Origin: Pelomyxa schiedti
Lineage: Eukaryota; Protista; Evosea
NCBI GenBank assembly: GCA_020536535.1
Contig: JAHLWZ010000171.1
Location: forward strand, 1 to 64,000
DNA length: 64,000 bases
Reading direction: 5' to 3'
Shown here: piece by piece, positions 25,475-38,798 of the stretch
Numbering within the stretch: position 1 is the first letter of the stretch
Layout: each line of letters starts with the position of its first letter
Position numbers and translations under genes: made by a program
Notes under the pieces: model-generated
What the model was told of the DNA's origin: nothing
Database searches by the model: none
Seen by the model: only the letters and a program-made list of their open reading frames with translations

Positions 25475-28400
25475 TCAGTCGCTTGCATAGCCCTCGCTCT
25501 CTTCCCCATCCGCGTCGGGCTCGGGCGCCGGCTCGTCAGGCTCTGCCTCCTCGGGCTCCTCTGGCTCCTCCGGCTTGGGCCTGGCCACTGGGATGGTCAG
25601 CCTCGGGGGCGGGGGCGGGGGCGCCGGGGCCTCGTGCTGCACCTCCCTGGGCATGAGGGGCGGGGGCGCCCGCAGGGTCGTGGTGGCCGCGGCCCCCCCG
25701 CGCATGGTCCCGCCCGACGAGGCGGTGGCGCTCACGGCGGCGACGGTGGCGGTGACCGCCGCGGTGTCGGTCAGGGTCATGGAGTTGTGCTGGGACTGCA
25801 GGTGCACGGGCATCGGGGGGAAAGGCAGGATTTCCATTGGGGTGGGGCAGCTGCGCCAGTGGCGGGGTTTCAGTGTATGCCAGAATACTTTTTTTTTTTT
25901 GTTTGTTTGTTTGTTTTTGAAGTGTGTGGCGTTAGAAAATTGAGTTGGTGTTTGGTTGGTTTGGTTTGTATGGTTTGGTTAATTTGATTGTATTGTATTG
26001 TATTGTATTGGATTGATTTGGTTTGTTTCGCGTGTACTGTGTGGTATTGTTGGGGTGCAAAGGGGGAAAGGTGGAGTTCACATACCGACTTCCTGTGGAG
26101 AGTTTCGTTGTAACGCTCTACCGATTGACTCTAATATGAATACTAACCGTTCTCTGGGCTTGCCTTGGAGGGAAGAGAGCTCCCTCTGTGCATCCTCACT
26201 GTAGTTTATTCTGCCAACAGTTTTGTTGAGTATAAAGGCACTGCTCAACACCTAAAATAGGATTGATTTATTAACAAAAACAACGATGGAAAATAAAATA
26301 CAGCAAATCCATTGGTCTTGGTGGCGTTTTTGTCCATCTCTATATATTGCAAGCGTCGATTATTTGTGAGCATGTTGGCGAGGGCTGCAGCTCCAGAATC
26401 GCCCATCTTTGCAAAGATGAGAAGGGGAGAACAAAAATAAAGGGTACATTATTGTTTGAGATGTCTATCGAGGTGACTGCAACAGACTCATTCCAAGTAT
26501 CAAAGAAAGGAATTAAAACCCGCTTGCCTGTAGACAAATGAATTTTCGAAGATCGATAAAAGTGAAAAACCATAGCAAGTTGCAAGCTTCAAGGTTGTGA
26601 TTGTTGGACAGGCCTGGAGAAGCCCGGATAGAGCTTGAACGATTGGTCCCTGCGGGCCGCTCCTGCTTAAAGTATCACTCAAGTTTAGGGTATGAAGCAT
26701 GTTCAGTTTCCCAATAGTCTGAAGGATATTAGCTCACGTAGTTGACATTTTCTTTGACGAACCTGGACCATCTCTATCCACGTGGCATCTTTGGTTTTAA
26801 TCCCTGTAAGATCCAGGGAAGTGATCTTGGATGCAGCTTGAACAAGATCTTTGTGAATTTGCATCTGTAAACTGTGAGAAGTAAAACTGGAGCCACTTGG
26901 TGATAACCTTAAGCTCAGTGTTTTCAGAGAAATTGATTGTGCAATTGGCAGCTTTGGGATTCCGGGAGAGAGCTGTGAACAAAGATTTGGCTCCGGCATC
27001 ATAGGACAGAGAGCAGCCAGAAAGATTAAGGTGGGCAATTGAAGGTGAAACCTCCAAGAATGTAGACAAAACAAAGGTAGCATTACCATCCAATCGGTTA
27101 TTTGACAGATCCTTTACAGAGATAAGGGAACATAATTGGTGAGCACAACATACAAGTTCCGCTATTTCTGTCATGTGTTTAAGTGACTGAAGTACATTTA
27201 GTGACAATGTGCACCCGGAAAGAAGTAAATGCCTATTGAATGTTGCCATGGGACCCTTTATATATGCAATATAAATACCTGATTTTTGCATAGACCTTGA
27301 GGGCGAAAAACCACTTCTCCATTTCTTGGGACCCAGGAAGTTCAAATTTGTTGTTGGATAAGTTTAGGACTTGCAAAGACAAAGACATCGAGGGATTTTC
27401 AATAAAAGCAGAGAATATTAATTGGACAGCTCGTGGCTGAGTATGTGTAAGGTAAAATGGGGAAAAAAAGAGGAAGAAGCAACCTGCAGTGAGCAGTTAG
27501 ATAAGTCTAATTCGATCAAAGGGTGGCGGTAACTTTGAAACACTTTAGCCAATTCCATTGCTGCTTTGAGAGAAATGTTATTTCCTGACAAATCCAAAAT
27601 TTGCACAGCATGAAGAGAATTCTGAGGCGAGTCAACAACTCACTGCAATAGAAAGAAATAACCTTTTTGAGTGCTTCCGCAACTTCTATGATATGCTGCT
27701 CTGAAGCACCCAGATCAGACAGTACAACTTTTGTCAAGGTAACATTCGTTTGTAAGACATAAGCGAACATTGACATTATTGCAGGTTGTGGTGTATCTGT
27801 GCAAATCACACTAAAGAAGTCAAACTTAGGAAAAAAAACAAAAAGGTGGACCTTCTAAAATGTGTATCATAGCGCAGAGAGGCCACAAGAGCTTTCAATT
27901 CTAAAAGGGGTGCTTTATCAGCGTCATCTTCAATAACTGGAATCTGTGTAATATCCAGCTCTGTGACATTGTTGTCTATCAGATCTCGTAAGTAGTAGAC
28001 AATTTCTCTGAACGAACTTCAGTGTTGCTTAAAAAAGATAGAAAGATACCGGTTAGCAAACACTTGGTAAAAGGAACATTGTCCATAGTAGTTGTTGATG
28101 AACTTGGTAGCAGTGTCAGCTTCATAAGGGTCAACAGGGGAAGCCCTAAAACTACATGACCAGAGAGGAAAAACCAGTACAAGACACACCCACTATCTTC
28201 CAGTTGGAAGTAAGTGGCAGGAAAACCACTTGCAATTATTGCAAAGGATTCCCTAATACATTTAATCATAGGTCCCGCTGTAGTACAAGTGACTGTGAAT
28301 TTATTTGATTTGGCGGGGGATTTATATGCTATGATGACCTTTTTAGGTGTTTGGAAAGGACAAAGTGAAGGTGAAGTCAACATACTTGATCACTATTGCG

Positions 28401-28780
28401 ATTCAGAGATTCCAAGTCATACAAATGAAATTCCCTCACCTACAAGACTCAAGGCTCAGTATATATTTAAAGGATTTGTCAAAGCGGGGGAAAAAAAGTA
28501 CCATTTTCAGTTTCATCTTCTTTTCTTTAAGGAAAACCCATATCCGGAACTTTCCCACAACCAAGAGAAGTTGGAAATCTTTTTTTTTCTTCTCCTGTCG
28601 CTCCACGCAGTGGTGCACCGATTTTATTTCTTCTCCATAAGGCGCCCATTTAGCGATGTGGGTATCAGCTTGGGCGGCATCTTTTTTTTTTTTCCCCGTC
28701 GGTGGGTACGAAACATAGGGAAAGAAGACATAAAGAAAGGCGCGGAATTTACTGCGGTATTGTTCGGTATCGTCGGCCAT
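25475..28780 (-). CDS. CARMIL-like LRR protein (PH-like N-terminus, RI-type LRRs, Pro-rich and acidic tail)
   Basis: FQLLLVVGKFRIW N-domain; many LDLS.N/LNLS.C repeats; NESVAVTSIDISNN; tail PAPPPPPP followed by E/D-rich end. Confidence 0.65.
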
Positions 28781-29137
28781 TCAAAATTACACGGTTCGGC
28801 GGCTGCGGGTGGTTTGTTTTTTTCTTTGGCTTTTTTTTAGGTTGTTCAATGAAGGGAACTGTGTCCTAGATTTCGGGGAGTGTGTTTGGACGGACATCAC
28901 TTTTCCATGTTCAGAGATTGGACGGCCCGCTCTGTTGCGGAAGCTCGCGAAATGAAAGAGTGCGTGGGTGAGCGCTTCCCCTCTCATGAAAGGACTGGAG
29001 AGGAGTCGCTGGGATTCCCAACTTCTGAATTCACCAGACGTGGTTTGAGGCAATCTCAACTCATCAGGGAACCCGGCGATCTGGAATCCGGGCCCTCAGC
29101 ACCTTCAGATCTCCACTTTTTGTTGAATTAAATAACA

Positions 29138-32100
29138 ATGTCGACATGGAAGAGCTGTCGCGCCAATGAAAAGGCCATACGGTCTATGTTATATGATCAA
29201 AGAAAGCGTGCTGAAAGGAGGGCTCTTGTTATGGCGAAACACGTATTCTTTTTTTGTGCCTTTTTTATCTGTTTTCTTACAGTCGAAGTATACTGACCCA
29301 ATGCAATCTCTGAGAGTGTATGGTCAAGCTGCAAAGGTTTACTTCGACACCTCTCAGTATAACGTCACCGAGGCACTTGAAAATTTGTTTGTTGCACTTT
29401 GCTCCCCTTTCTCGTTCTTAAAGTGCAACTGTAGAATGCCGTGGCAGGGTCACACTGACAACTTGATTGACAGGTACTATCGTTCCCAAAAAAAAAAAAA
29501 AGAAAAAAAAAGGAAGGGATCATTGCTCAGATTCTTTCGTTCTCCTTGCAAAGATACGATGGTCGTGCTCTTTTAGATTCCATACCAGAATACAACGAAG
29601 CACTTTCACGTAAACCAGCTGAAGATCCTGAATTGACTCAACAACTTAATTATGAGCGATACGGAGTTTTAGTTGAGCACACACGAAAAGGAAGTATGAC
29701 AATCTTCAAGCTCGTTATCACACCTTAACTTCAACAACCAAAGCCGATCCTAAAGTGGTAGTCACAAATGTTGCCGAAGAGCTCATGGAGTCCATGTCTC
29801 TTAACAATGCTCCTCAACCGCCTTCCAAGTACTTTCCCATCCTCTTTCTCTCTCCCTCATTCTTCTCAAGGCAGGCATCCACTGCGCCCCCTGCTGTGGT
29901 GGGTGAGTACTCCTCAGTTGGTTTCAAATACACGGATACAGACACTATCTCCGAGGAAGCTCGGGATGATATACATTCTGAGTCATTAACTGTGGCAGGA
30001 AGCTCGATTGCCTCTTCTACAACCACAACTGTGGCCAGTAACTCTGACACACTAACCCCATTGGAACCTGCACAAGATGAAAGGCCTTGCTGGGATAAAA
30101 GTTCCGCATTCCTTAAAGAAGTGACAGAACTCTCGCCTCGCAGCGAACGCGAGACTAATTCAATTGGTGAGATGTTTGGCATACAAGACTATTGCCGGTT
30201 AGCACGTCTTGATTTCACCGAGGAAGAGAGAGTACGAGACAGGCTTCGTAGGAAACTAAGTGCAAAGCCAGCAGTAAGAGCTTTTCCCTTTTTCCTTCTT
30301 CTCATAATATTTAGGAAAGGGGGCTAACAAGGAAAGAGCGAAGACGTGAACGTGATAGGATAAGGCAATTAGGTCTGAGGAGAAATTACAGGTGTGCCCT
30401 CTGAGCCCATTTACAACTTATTTATCTCTCAAGAACCGATAGGCGTGGAAGTCCAACCTATGACCCCTATGGCACAGACAGGTTTCCATTTGACTTTTGT
30501 TGTACCCCTTACTTAGTTTAGCAGTCCAAGCAGCTCGGGTTCCAGTGATTCCGAACCCGTTGCTGATGCACCGGAGGGTGAAAAGGAGTACATCACAGAA
30601 CTGACAATAAGTACATCAGCAGATCCCAATCGCTATGACGATGGATATATACCAGAGAATGATGAAGATACCTCTAGTCGTGTCACCAAAATTCACTCCC
30701 ACAGTCATACAAAAAAGGGTCGTGGGAACACTGCCGTGAAACATGGACATTCCACCACTCCTTCCAACGTTCCTCCTCCAACGCCAGTTCAATCCAACAC
30801 TGCTAAGGGTGGATCTAGTACCACTGTCAAGACCACACAACCCACTGTTGTTGATACATCCCGGTCGGTAAAGACCCCTCTTTTAAATTTACTGTGTTTG
30901 GTTTTTGCTTTTTTTATGTACCCAAAAATAATCTATTCTGACAACTTTTCTGGGAGACCCCTTTTGCTCCACCTTTTTTCCGACTCACTTTGGCAATAGA
31001 CCTGAAACACCAGCAGCAGAGGACCCAAAGCCAGCTGCAGCACTTACGGCACAAGAGAAACTGAAACTTAAACTTAGAATGCAACTTACAAAAACAAGTG
31101 CGTAACAGATCTCATAATGAAACATAACCCTTCAATAGTTCATAAAGACCAAGTTTTGACGGAGAAGAAAAAGCAAGAAAAAGAACTTGAACGCCGAGGT
31201 ATGCAGAGTCCACTTTTTGACATCTAAGATTTTCTAGCCCGGGCTGAGGAGTTACGTGCCTTGAAATTGAAATACGAGCACAGTGCTGCCCAACTCCGTT
31301 CCTCATCAAGTAGAAGCCACAGTAGGAGCAGAAAACGGAGCCGTGGAAGAAGCCAGAGCCGGAGTAGAAGTACAAGCAGGAGCTGGAGCAGGAGCAGGAG
31401 TCTGAGTAGGTTAAGCAGCAGTCTTAGTCCTAGAAGGGGGAGAAGTGCCAGCAAGAGCAGGAGGAGTAAGAGCAAAAGTAGGAGCGCCAGTAAGCCCAAG
31501 AGGAGTAGGAGTGGGAGTAGAAGCAGGAGTAGAAGCTTGAAGGGGCGAACTAAGGGAAACGAGAGGAATCACGATACGGAAAGCAGTCTTGCATCTCCTA
31601 ATAAGCCGATACCGACCAACAACGAAAACAGGAGCCAAAATAGACACAAAGGGAAAAGTAGAAACAGAAGCAGAAGCGGAAGCAGAAACAAAAATAGAAG
31701 TAGAAGCCACAACAGAAGTAAAAATAGGAGGTTAAGTAGAAGCAGGAGTACAAGCAGGAGCAGAAGTGCAAGTACGAGTAGGCACAACAGAAATAGAAGC
31801 CGAAGTAGAAGCAAAAGCCGTAGCAGAAGCCGAAGCAGAAGCGGGCGAAGTGGTAGAAGGACGAATACAGAGAGACCTTCACATGAAAGCAGAAGCAAAT
31901 CTAGGAGTAGTAGACACAGGAGTACAAGTGCAAGCAAACACCCAGCACAAGGATCGGCAAGCAAAACTTCAGTGACTACTAGGAGCAGGACCAGGAGCAA
32001 GAGTATCAGTAGTAGAAGCCGAAGCCGAAGCAGAAGTAGAAGTAGAAGCCAAACCAGAAGCCGAAGCCGAAGCAGAACCCGAAGGAGTGGGAGCAGGAGC

Positions 32101-32437
32101 AGGAGCAAGAGCAGAAGTAAACTCAATACAGACAAGGGGATTCCAGGTGAAAGCAGACGGCTGCATGCTGCCACAGGTAAGACTGGGGCAGACATAAAAC
32201 CAAGATCAAAGAGCAGGAGTCGGAGCCAATCAGATAGACCGAGCCCCAAACCAAAGTAGCACTTCTTGCCCTGTGTTTTAACCTTCCCCCATCGCTTTGG
32301 TGTTCTGTGTGTTTGCTCCTAGCCTATGGAGGGATCCCAATTTAACTATCGTATCCTTCACCTACTCACAAACAAATAGGTCACCAACCCCTGGCAATAC
32401 TCCCGTGGAACCAAACCCCAAGAGAAGGCGTTGCTAA
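29138..32437 (+). CDS. CLASRP: CLK4-associating SR protein (CLASRP/SFRS16-like; SWAP N-terminal domain + RS domain)
   Basis: W...RANEKAIRSMLYDQRKRAERR; DPMQSLRVYG; MPWQGHTDNLIDR-YDGRALLD; LNYERY; long RS tract 31261-32256. Confidence 0.85.
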
Positions 32438-32566
32438 GCACGATGCACAGTTTTCTTAGGTTTTCCTCATTTGTCTCAATATTTCACAAGTATAGAAGAA
32501 ATAGTGGTATTCCTAAAACAGTTTCTTCAAACAACAATTTTGTTCCCAAAGTTTGGTTTCGGCTTT

Positions 32567-33340
32567 TTAGTCGTCTTTCATGAGCTCACAGAATTCATCG
32601 AATGACAACAGTCTGTCTCCATCAACATCTATTTGTTGGGAGAGAAAATGAGAAACAAAACGGAAGTCAACGTGTTGAAATGGCACATACCAACATCACT
32701 AATGATCTGCTTGACCTCCTCAAGAGTCATTCTTTGTCCACCCTCCAAAAGTCCCCTTCTCAATTCCGCGGCACTAATTTCTTTGTTTTTGGGTTTTTTT
32801 TTTAGTTAGTTGAGGATTAGCTTTGTGTGTTTGTTGCGGGAGAACAAGCAAGGGCTTCATACTGCCACTGTGGTTCTTATCGTATCCATTGAAAGCTTTC
32901 CTGAGTTCCACCTGCGTGTGTGCCATTTTGGAGCAGAATTCAGTGAAGTCGATCATCCCGTCGCCATTGGCATCAGACTTGTGGGAAATCAGAAGAGGAA
33001 AAGGAAAAACGAAACAAAACAAAAAAAAAAGCACAGCCGCACCTCGGCGATGATGGCGCGTACTTCAGCTTCGGTTGGATTTTGGCCAAGCTTCCTTTTT
33101 GGTTGGTGAGGATTGGCAACAGCAGGGAAAACGAAAGAAAAAAAACAAAAAGAGCAGAGTTAAGAGAAGGGAGAAAGTACTTCATGGAGGCCATCATTTC
33201 GTGGGCGTCGATGCGTCCATCATCTGCAGCCACAACGTAAATGCGAGGAAAAGAAAGGGAACAAGAGTACGGTTAAGGTCAAAGAGGTTGAATGTTTCCT
33301 GGTACTCCCTCCTTCTTTCTGGTGATAATACTGCAGACAT
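32567..33340 (-). CDS. Calmodulin-like 4-EF-hand protein
   Basis: EYQETFNLFDLN; LGQNPTEAEVRAII; DANGDGMIDFTEF; DKNHSGKISAAEL; DVDGDRLLSFDEF. Confidence 0.85.
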
Positions 33341-33517
33341 TGTTTGCCCTGTTGCTTGTGTGGTTTTTCTTTTTTTTGTTTGGGTCTTTTCGTCCGTGGC
33401 TTTTGCGAAAAGCAGTGGAAGAGCCAAAAAAAAGAAACCACACAGCGGCCGATCTGCAGCCAGTCTGAGAGATCGGAGAAACAGCAAATTGCCACTAAAA
33501 AAATCTTCGCAGCTGGA

Positions 33518-34902
33518 ATGACGGAGAGCGGATACGCGACTTACGGTGCTACTACATGCGGCCCAGATCTAGACGGTGTTACGACAGTACAACCAGATGC
33601 GACAGCGACAGATGTTCCTCTAGCTGATTCTTCCGTTGGATCTACGCCGGCAACAGGGTGTGAAAGGCGCAGTGTTGTTCCTGATGACTTCAAAGAGGCG
33701 TGCGATGTGGTTTTTTCTGCGCTCTCGTATGACGCGGGCACTTTATCTTTCGACGTAGCAATGGCCGCGTGGGTGAGATACGGTGCACCTCAACGCGTGA
33801 TGAAGAACACACTTCGCATTGTTGCCGCGAATGCTAACGGCCACCATTTGATGGGAAAGGAGGCTTTTGCTTTGGGGTGCTACTTGCTTGCTTCTTGGAA
33901 ACGGGACAGAATGCATTCCTATTGTTCCGTGCGGGAGTTCATTGGAAGGTACTCCTGGCATCATTGAAACGTTCCCCTCAGCAGTATCTAGCGGATTTGC
34001 GCTGTCTCGTGATTTTGAGAAAATATGTTGCACAAACTACTTGTCATATTTCCGTTTCCTTTGCCTTTTACTTGTCTTCAATGCCTTGCTCACGGTAACT
34101 ATTTTACCACGAACAAAGATAATTTACAATATCTTAGATCCTGTCCCAGTATTCTTGGAATCTAGAACCTCTTGCGTTAATAACATCTGCCATAAGTTGT
34201 TATGTGTTCAATTTCAGCCGGAAGTATACCTTTTTACTAAATACACCGCTCTTTGCAAGTGGGTTAATCCCTTTCTTGTGTGTACTTTAATTTTACCAAA
34301 TGCTTTCTCTTGGCTGACTGACCTCTCCAAAAGGATTGATGCTTTTGACAGGACTCATCGTCGGAGTATTCAGCATTGGGGCGTTTGTGGGGGTTGGATT
34401 TAGTAATCCTGACACTCCTTTTGCTGATATGTGGTCTCTGTACTTTCCTGTTACTTTGACATACAAGATGGCCTACCTTGTCCTAAGCTGCACAGTGTTG
34501 GTTATCATGATATCCCACTTGAGAAGTTATCACTTGGGCACTGCTATGGTCCTGGTTCCAACGGTAATCACTTTCGGACTAATTACCTTTATAACAATTC
34601 AAAAGGTTGATAACGAGCTTCCACCCCGACCTTCCAACATCCTGTTGTGCCTGGGTTGTGTTGTATGTGGAATCGGAGCCGCCACTATACTGGGTCTCTT
34701 TCTATTGGATTTCCCCACACAAGGGGCAATGACCCACAGGCTCTCCACTGTGGTTGTATGGAGCTTGGTAGTTCCCGCAGGACTCATGACAATGGCCATC
34801 ACAATTGAGCTGATTGTTAGAACCAGCACCAGACCCATGCTGAAGGTACTGAGCATTCTTTTAGGTTCCCTCGAGATCCTCTCACCATTTTACTGCTATT
34901 AA
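33518..34902 (+). CDS. Multi-pass membrane protein with degenerate EH/EF-hand-like N-terminal domain
   Basis: VFSALSYDAGTLSFDVAMAAWVRYGAP..MKNTLRIV..EAFALGCYLL resembles the EH pattern; several hydrophobic helices in 34336-34902. Confidence 0.5.
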
Positions 34903-35004
34903 CAAACTCGCCCTCAATTGCTGCGGAACCCTTTTAAACAAATTAATGAAAAAAACCATATTTTCATAAATCTCTGAAAGTCGCCGAAAACACAAACACC
35001 CGCA

Positions 35005-37235
35005 ATGCAATCAGACGTCGCTGCCCCATCTGCGTCGCCGACGACGACCACGACACCCGAAGTGGCCCCGCAACAACCCCAAGATGCTGCCGCCCCACAA
35101 CCGCAACCAGAAGAGCAGCCGCAACAAACAACAACAACAACAACGGCAACAACAACAGGAGGACCAGGGGGCGAAATGCCCGAGATGACCCACACTAAGT
35201 TCAAGGTCGACACCGCTGCGGCGGAGGCGGCCAAGGCCGAGGGAAACGCGCTGTTCAACAAGGGCGACTACGAGCAGGCCATAAAGAAATACGACGCGGC
35301 TCTGGAGAGCAACCCCAGGGACTGGGCAACTTACAGGTCTTCTTTCAAAAGCATGTCTCATCGCACATCTCCCACCCCGGCAAAGCAAGCTGTCTCGTGA
35401 CCACACTCACCTCACGCCAATGCCCCCCCCCCAGTGCAATCCTAATTCTTAAAAATGGAAATAGCAACCGGTCATTGTGCCGCTTCCGGCAGGGGAATTA
35501 CCCGCAGGCAGTTGGCGACGCTCTCATGTGTGTCAGGCTCAACAAGAACTGGCCCAAGGGGTACTACCGCCTCGGCACCGCTTTGGCCGCCGTGGGGAAC
35601 CCAGTAAAGGCCCTGGATGCCTTCCAGGTGGGGCTCGTGGCTGCTCCTGATAATGCCGAGCTGCGGGAGGCTGCTGAGATGGTGCCGTTGTAGTACTACT
35701 CTCGCTCTCTTGTTGATGTCTTTGGCGCTTGCGCCTTGTGTACACTGCCAGTGTATTTGATGTGTTTTCGGTGTTACGGTGCGTGTAATATGTGGAAAGG
35801 TTGTTGACTAGTCAACATTTTGACCCTGTATCCCCTTCAGGCACGACAGGCAATAAAGAAATCTACTATTATAACCTGGCAGCCAATGCCTGCGGTGGGC
35901 CGCACGGGAGAACCACCAACAAGAAGATGTGCTCACAGTGCTTCAGTTATAGGACCTCGCATCTTTTGCTTTGGGGGCTTTGGAAATGGGGTACTGACCT
36001 GGTTTTCCTCCTCCGTTGAATTCATTTGTGGAATAGAAAGTCTTCAATAGCTTCACCGTCATAGACACCGAAACAAACTCCACGGAGGAGCTTCACAATC
36101 CCAGTTGGAAGATACCCGTTAGGGCCTCACATTCTGCAGTAGTATATGGATCATCTATCATTGTCTTTGGTGGCTATGATGGCTCCAGTACATTTTACAA
36201 CGGTTTGCATTTCTGTGTACCTTACACGCACTGATCCGACAATCAGATGTATGGCAATACGAGGTCCTCACCGGCACATGGACTGAATGGGCTACAAAAG
36301 GAACTAAGCCACATCCCCGGGGCAGCCACACTGCTTGTGTCTTTGGTCACAAAATGTTCATATTTGGCGGAATGGCTGGCCAAGAAGACGCTTCGACTGT
36401 GTGAGTATCCAAAGACAGAAGCTCACTTGCTCTCTTCTCTGCATTCGTTTCCCTAATCCGAACTTGAACAGGTTCTCCGATTTGCATGTTCTGAACTTGC
36501 GGACGCAGAAGTGGTCGCAGCCCACAGTAACCGGCAAATCACCTGATGCCAGGAACTCCCACGCAGCCACAATTGTGGGTAACAACATGGTAGTCATTGG
36601 CGGCTGCAACACCGCCTCAAAGTACTACAACGACGTCTGTAAGTAGTCCCTACCTCTTCTAGCATTTAGAATTTGGAATTTTGGCGTACCCAAACTCACC
36701 AACACTGAAAAATGCAGGGTTCCTCGACCTTGGAACGTTCAGATGGAACCAAGCAGGCATCTCCAACCCCGAAGCCTTCGAGCCCCGCATGGGCCTCACA
36801 ATCGCCTGCCTAGACTTCAAAATCTACGTGTACGGCGGCCTGGTCATCAAAGACAACTCCTACCGCAGTGAGATCTGGGTACTCGACACCCTCCCTACGC
36901 CGATCCCACAATCCGGAGCCGACCCATCGACGTCGTCACCAACAGCCGCGACCCCGACCGCGACCGCGACCGCCGCGGCACCAACTCCAATGCCAGCAAC
37001 AAACATGCCGGCGCAACTCACGTGGGAAGCCACTGTTCCCAGAGGCAGGATACTGGTCCCCAGGGTCGGCCACTCAATGAGCCTGGTGAGGGGATACAAG
37101 TTCGTCGTGCACGGCGGCGACGGCGGCCCAGAGCACGGCATCATGCAAGACCTGCACGTCGCGTTCGTGGATCTCGCCGTGCAGCACCTGTTGTCCCCCG
37201 ACTTGGCCGAAGCCACCAAACCGTCTCGAGACTGA
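35005..37235 (+). CDS. TPR + Kelch-repeat protein
   Basis: AKAEGNALFNKGDYEQAIKKY, SNRSLC, WPKGYYRLG (TPR); RCAHSASVIG.RIFCFGG, RNSHAATIVGNNMVVIGG (Kelch). Confidence 0.85.
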
Positions 37236-37331
37236 GCCAGCTCCTCTGCTGCTGCGAAACTTCCCGGAACCAACTTGGCCAGATCGAAAACCCAACAGGA
37301 AAAAAAACTTGCATTTTTTTTGGTTGGTGAA

Positions 37332-38677
37332 ATGGCGGCGCTGCCACTTCGTGGGCGGACTGATTCTGCTGCAGGTTGGTTTAATTGTTCCTTGACACGC
37401 GTGTGTCTTTGTTTGTTACCCTTTTTTTTTCACGCACGTTTGCAGCGTGCGTGGTGTGTACCTTTGCAGGAACGGGAGTGGAAGGTCACATTAACGGAAG
37501 TGCGGCGGCATCCGCGTTCCGTTTCCCAATGGGGATCGCAATTGACAACGTGAAATTCCAGGGCTCGGTGGTGGTTGCTGACCAGACAAACGACGCTATT
37601 AGGAGAATCACTCACAGTGGGGCGAACACCACGGTTGAGTCGATTTCGCGGGTGCCGCAGCGAGGAATCATAGACGGACCCCTTGATGTGGCTGTGTTCA
37701 GCAGGCCGAGGTCTGTTGCTGTGGATAGCAGGGGTGACATCATTGTGGCCGAGCAAAGCAATTGCATTAGAAAGATAGACCTCACTGCCGGTATGAGTGC
37801 AACATTTTCGTATTCAGTTGTAGTCATTTTTCAACGGTGCAGGTAGAGTGCTGACAATAGCTGGAAAACCCCAGCTTTCTGGAAAGCTTGACGGGGTAGG
37901 TGAAAATGCTCTATTTCATGGACCTTCCAGTGTTTGTGTGGGGCCAGATGATAGTATTTTTGTTGTGGATAGTGGTAACAAGTCTATCAGAAAAATTGCA
38001 CCAAACGGTTTGCAACTCCCTAAATTGTGACACTTACTAACAATATTTTTAGGTGCTGTTTCTACTATCATTGGAGATGTTCCTTTCGGTGACAGATCTG
38101 GCCCAATCTCCGCTGTGAATCTTGATTCGCCACAGGCTATTCATGTGAGCGGTGACGACCTCCTCATTTCACAAGCACATACAATCAGCCTTGTGCACAA
38201 TGGTATTCCAAGATCTTTGTTTCACCATCCTGATCACTTTCTCCATAGGAAATGTGAAACTTCTTGTTGATTCTGATACCGGCCGTGATGCGCCAGGCCC
38301 AAGTGGGACAACCAAAGTTGTTGGATCATTTGGAGCCCCAGTATTCGATGCCACTGGCCAGTTTGTGATATTTCCCGATTTGTTCACACATCAGATTTGT
38401 TATGTTTCAGTAGGTTTGTGAATCCTCCCTTTCTTCCCACAATTATGGCCGTGATCCTCTCTCACGCGCATAAGATATCGATTACCCGCCAAACTGCCAC
38501 GTGAAATTACTAGCCGGAAAGTTAAACAAATACGGCAGAGTTGACGGCCCTCCGTCTGAATCAAGGTTCTCTAAGCCTTTTGCCCTCGCCCGATCTGCAA
38601 ACACCCTGTACATATCTGACAACTATAACCACTGCATACGTGCCATCAATGACATCAATCACCTACTCAGGCTTTGA
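37332..38677 (+). CDS. Stand-alone NHL-repeat beta-propeller protein
   Basis: FRFPMGIAID, FSRPRSVAVDSRGDIIVAE, FHGPSSVCVG..IFVVDSGNKSIRKI, LYISDNYNHCIR; own ATG at 37332. Confidence 0.8.
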
Positions 38678-38798
38678 TCCTCCCTGTACAACAGAATACC
38701 CAACAACAAACAACCATACTCTTGTATTACACCCTCGCCACCAAATTGGCCAAATAACAACAAAAAAATCCAAAAAAAATAAAAAACCAAGAGAAAAA

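Noticed and set aside
25890-26030. (TTGGT)n and (ATTGT)n short repeats
   Set aside because: Ordinary intronic microsatellite-like sequence
31224-32249. Leu-rich minus-strand ORFs
   Set aside because: Antisense shadow of the RS-domain AGY/AGR codons
35005-38677. Single TPR-Kelch-NHL fusion gene
   Set aside because: Clear stop at 37235 and an independent ATG at 37332 that splices in frame to the NHL exons
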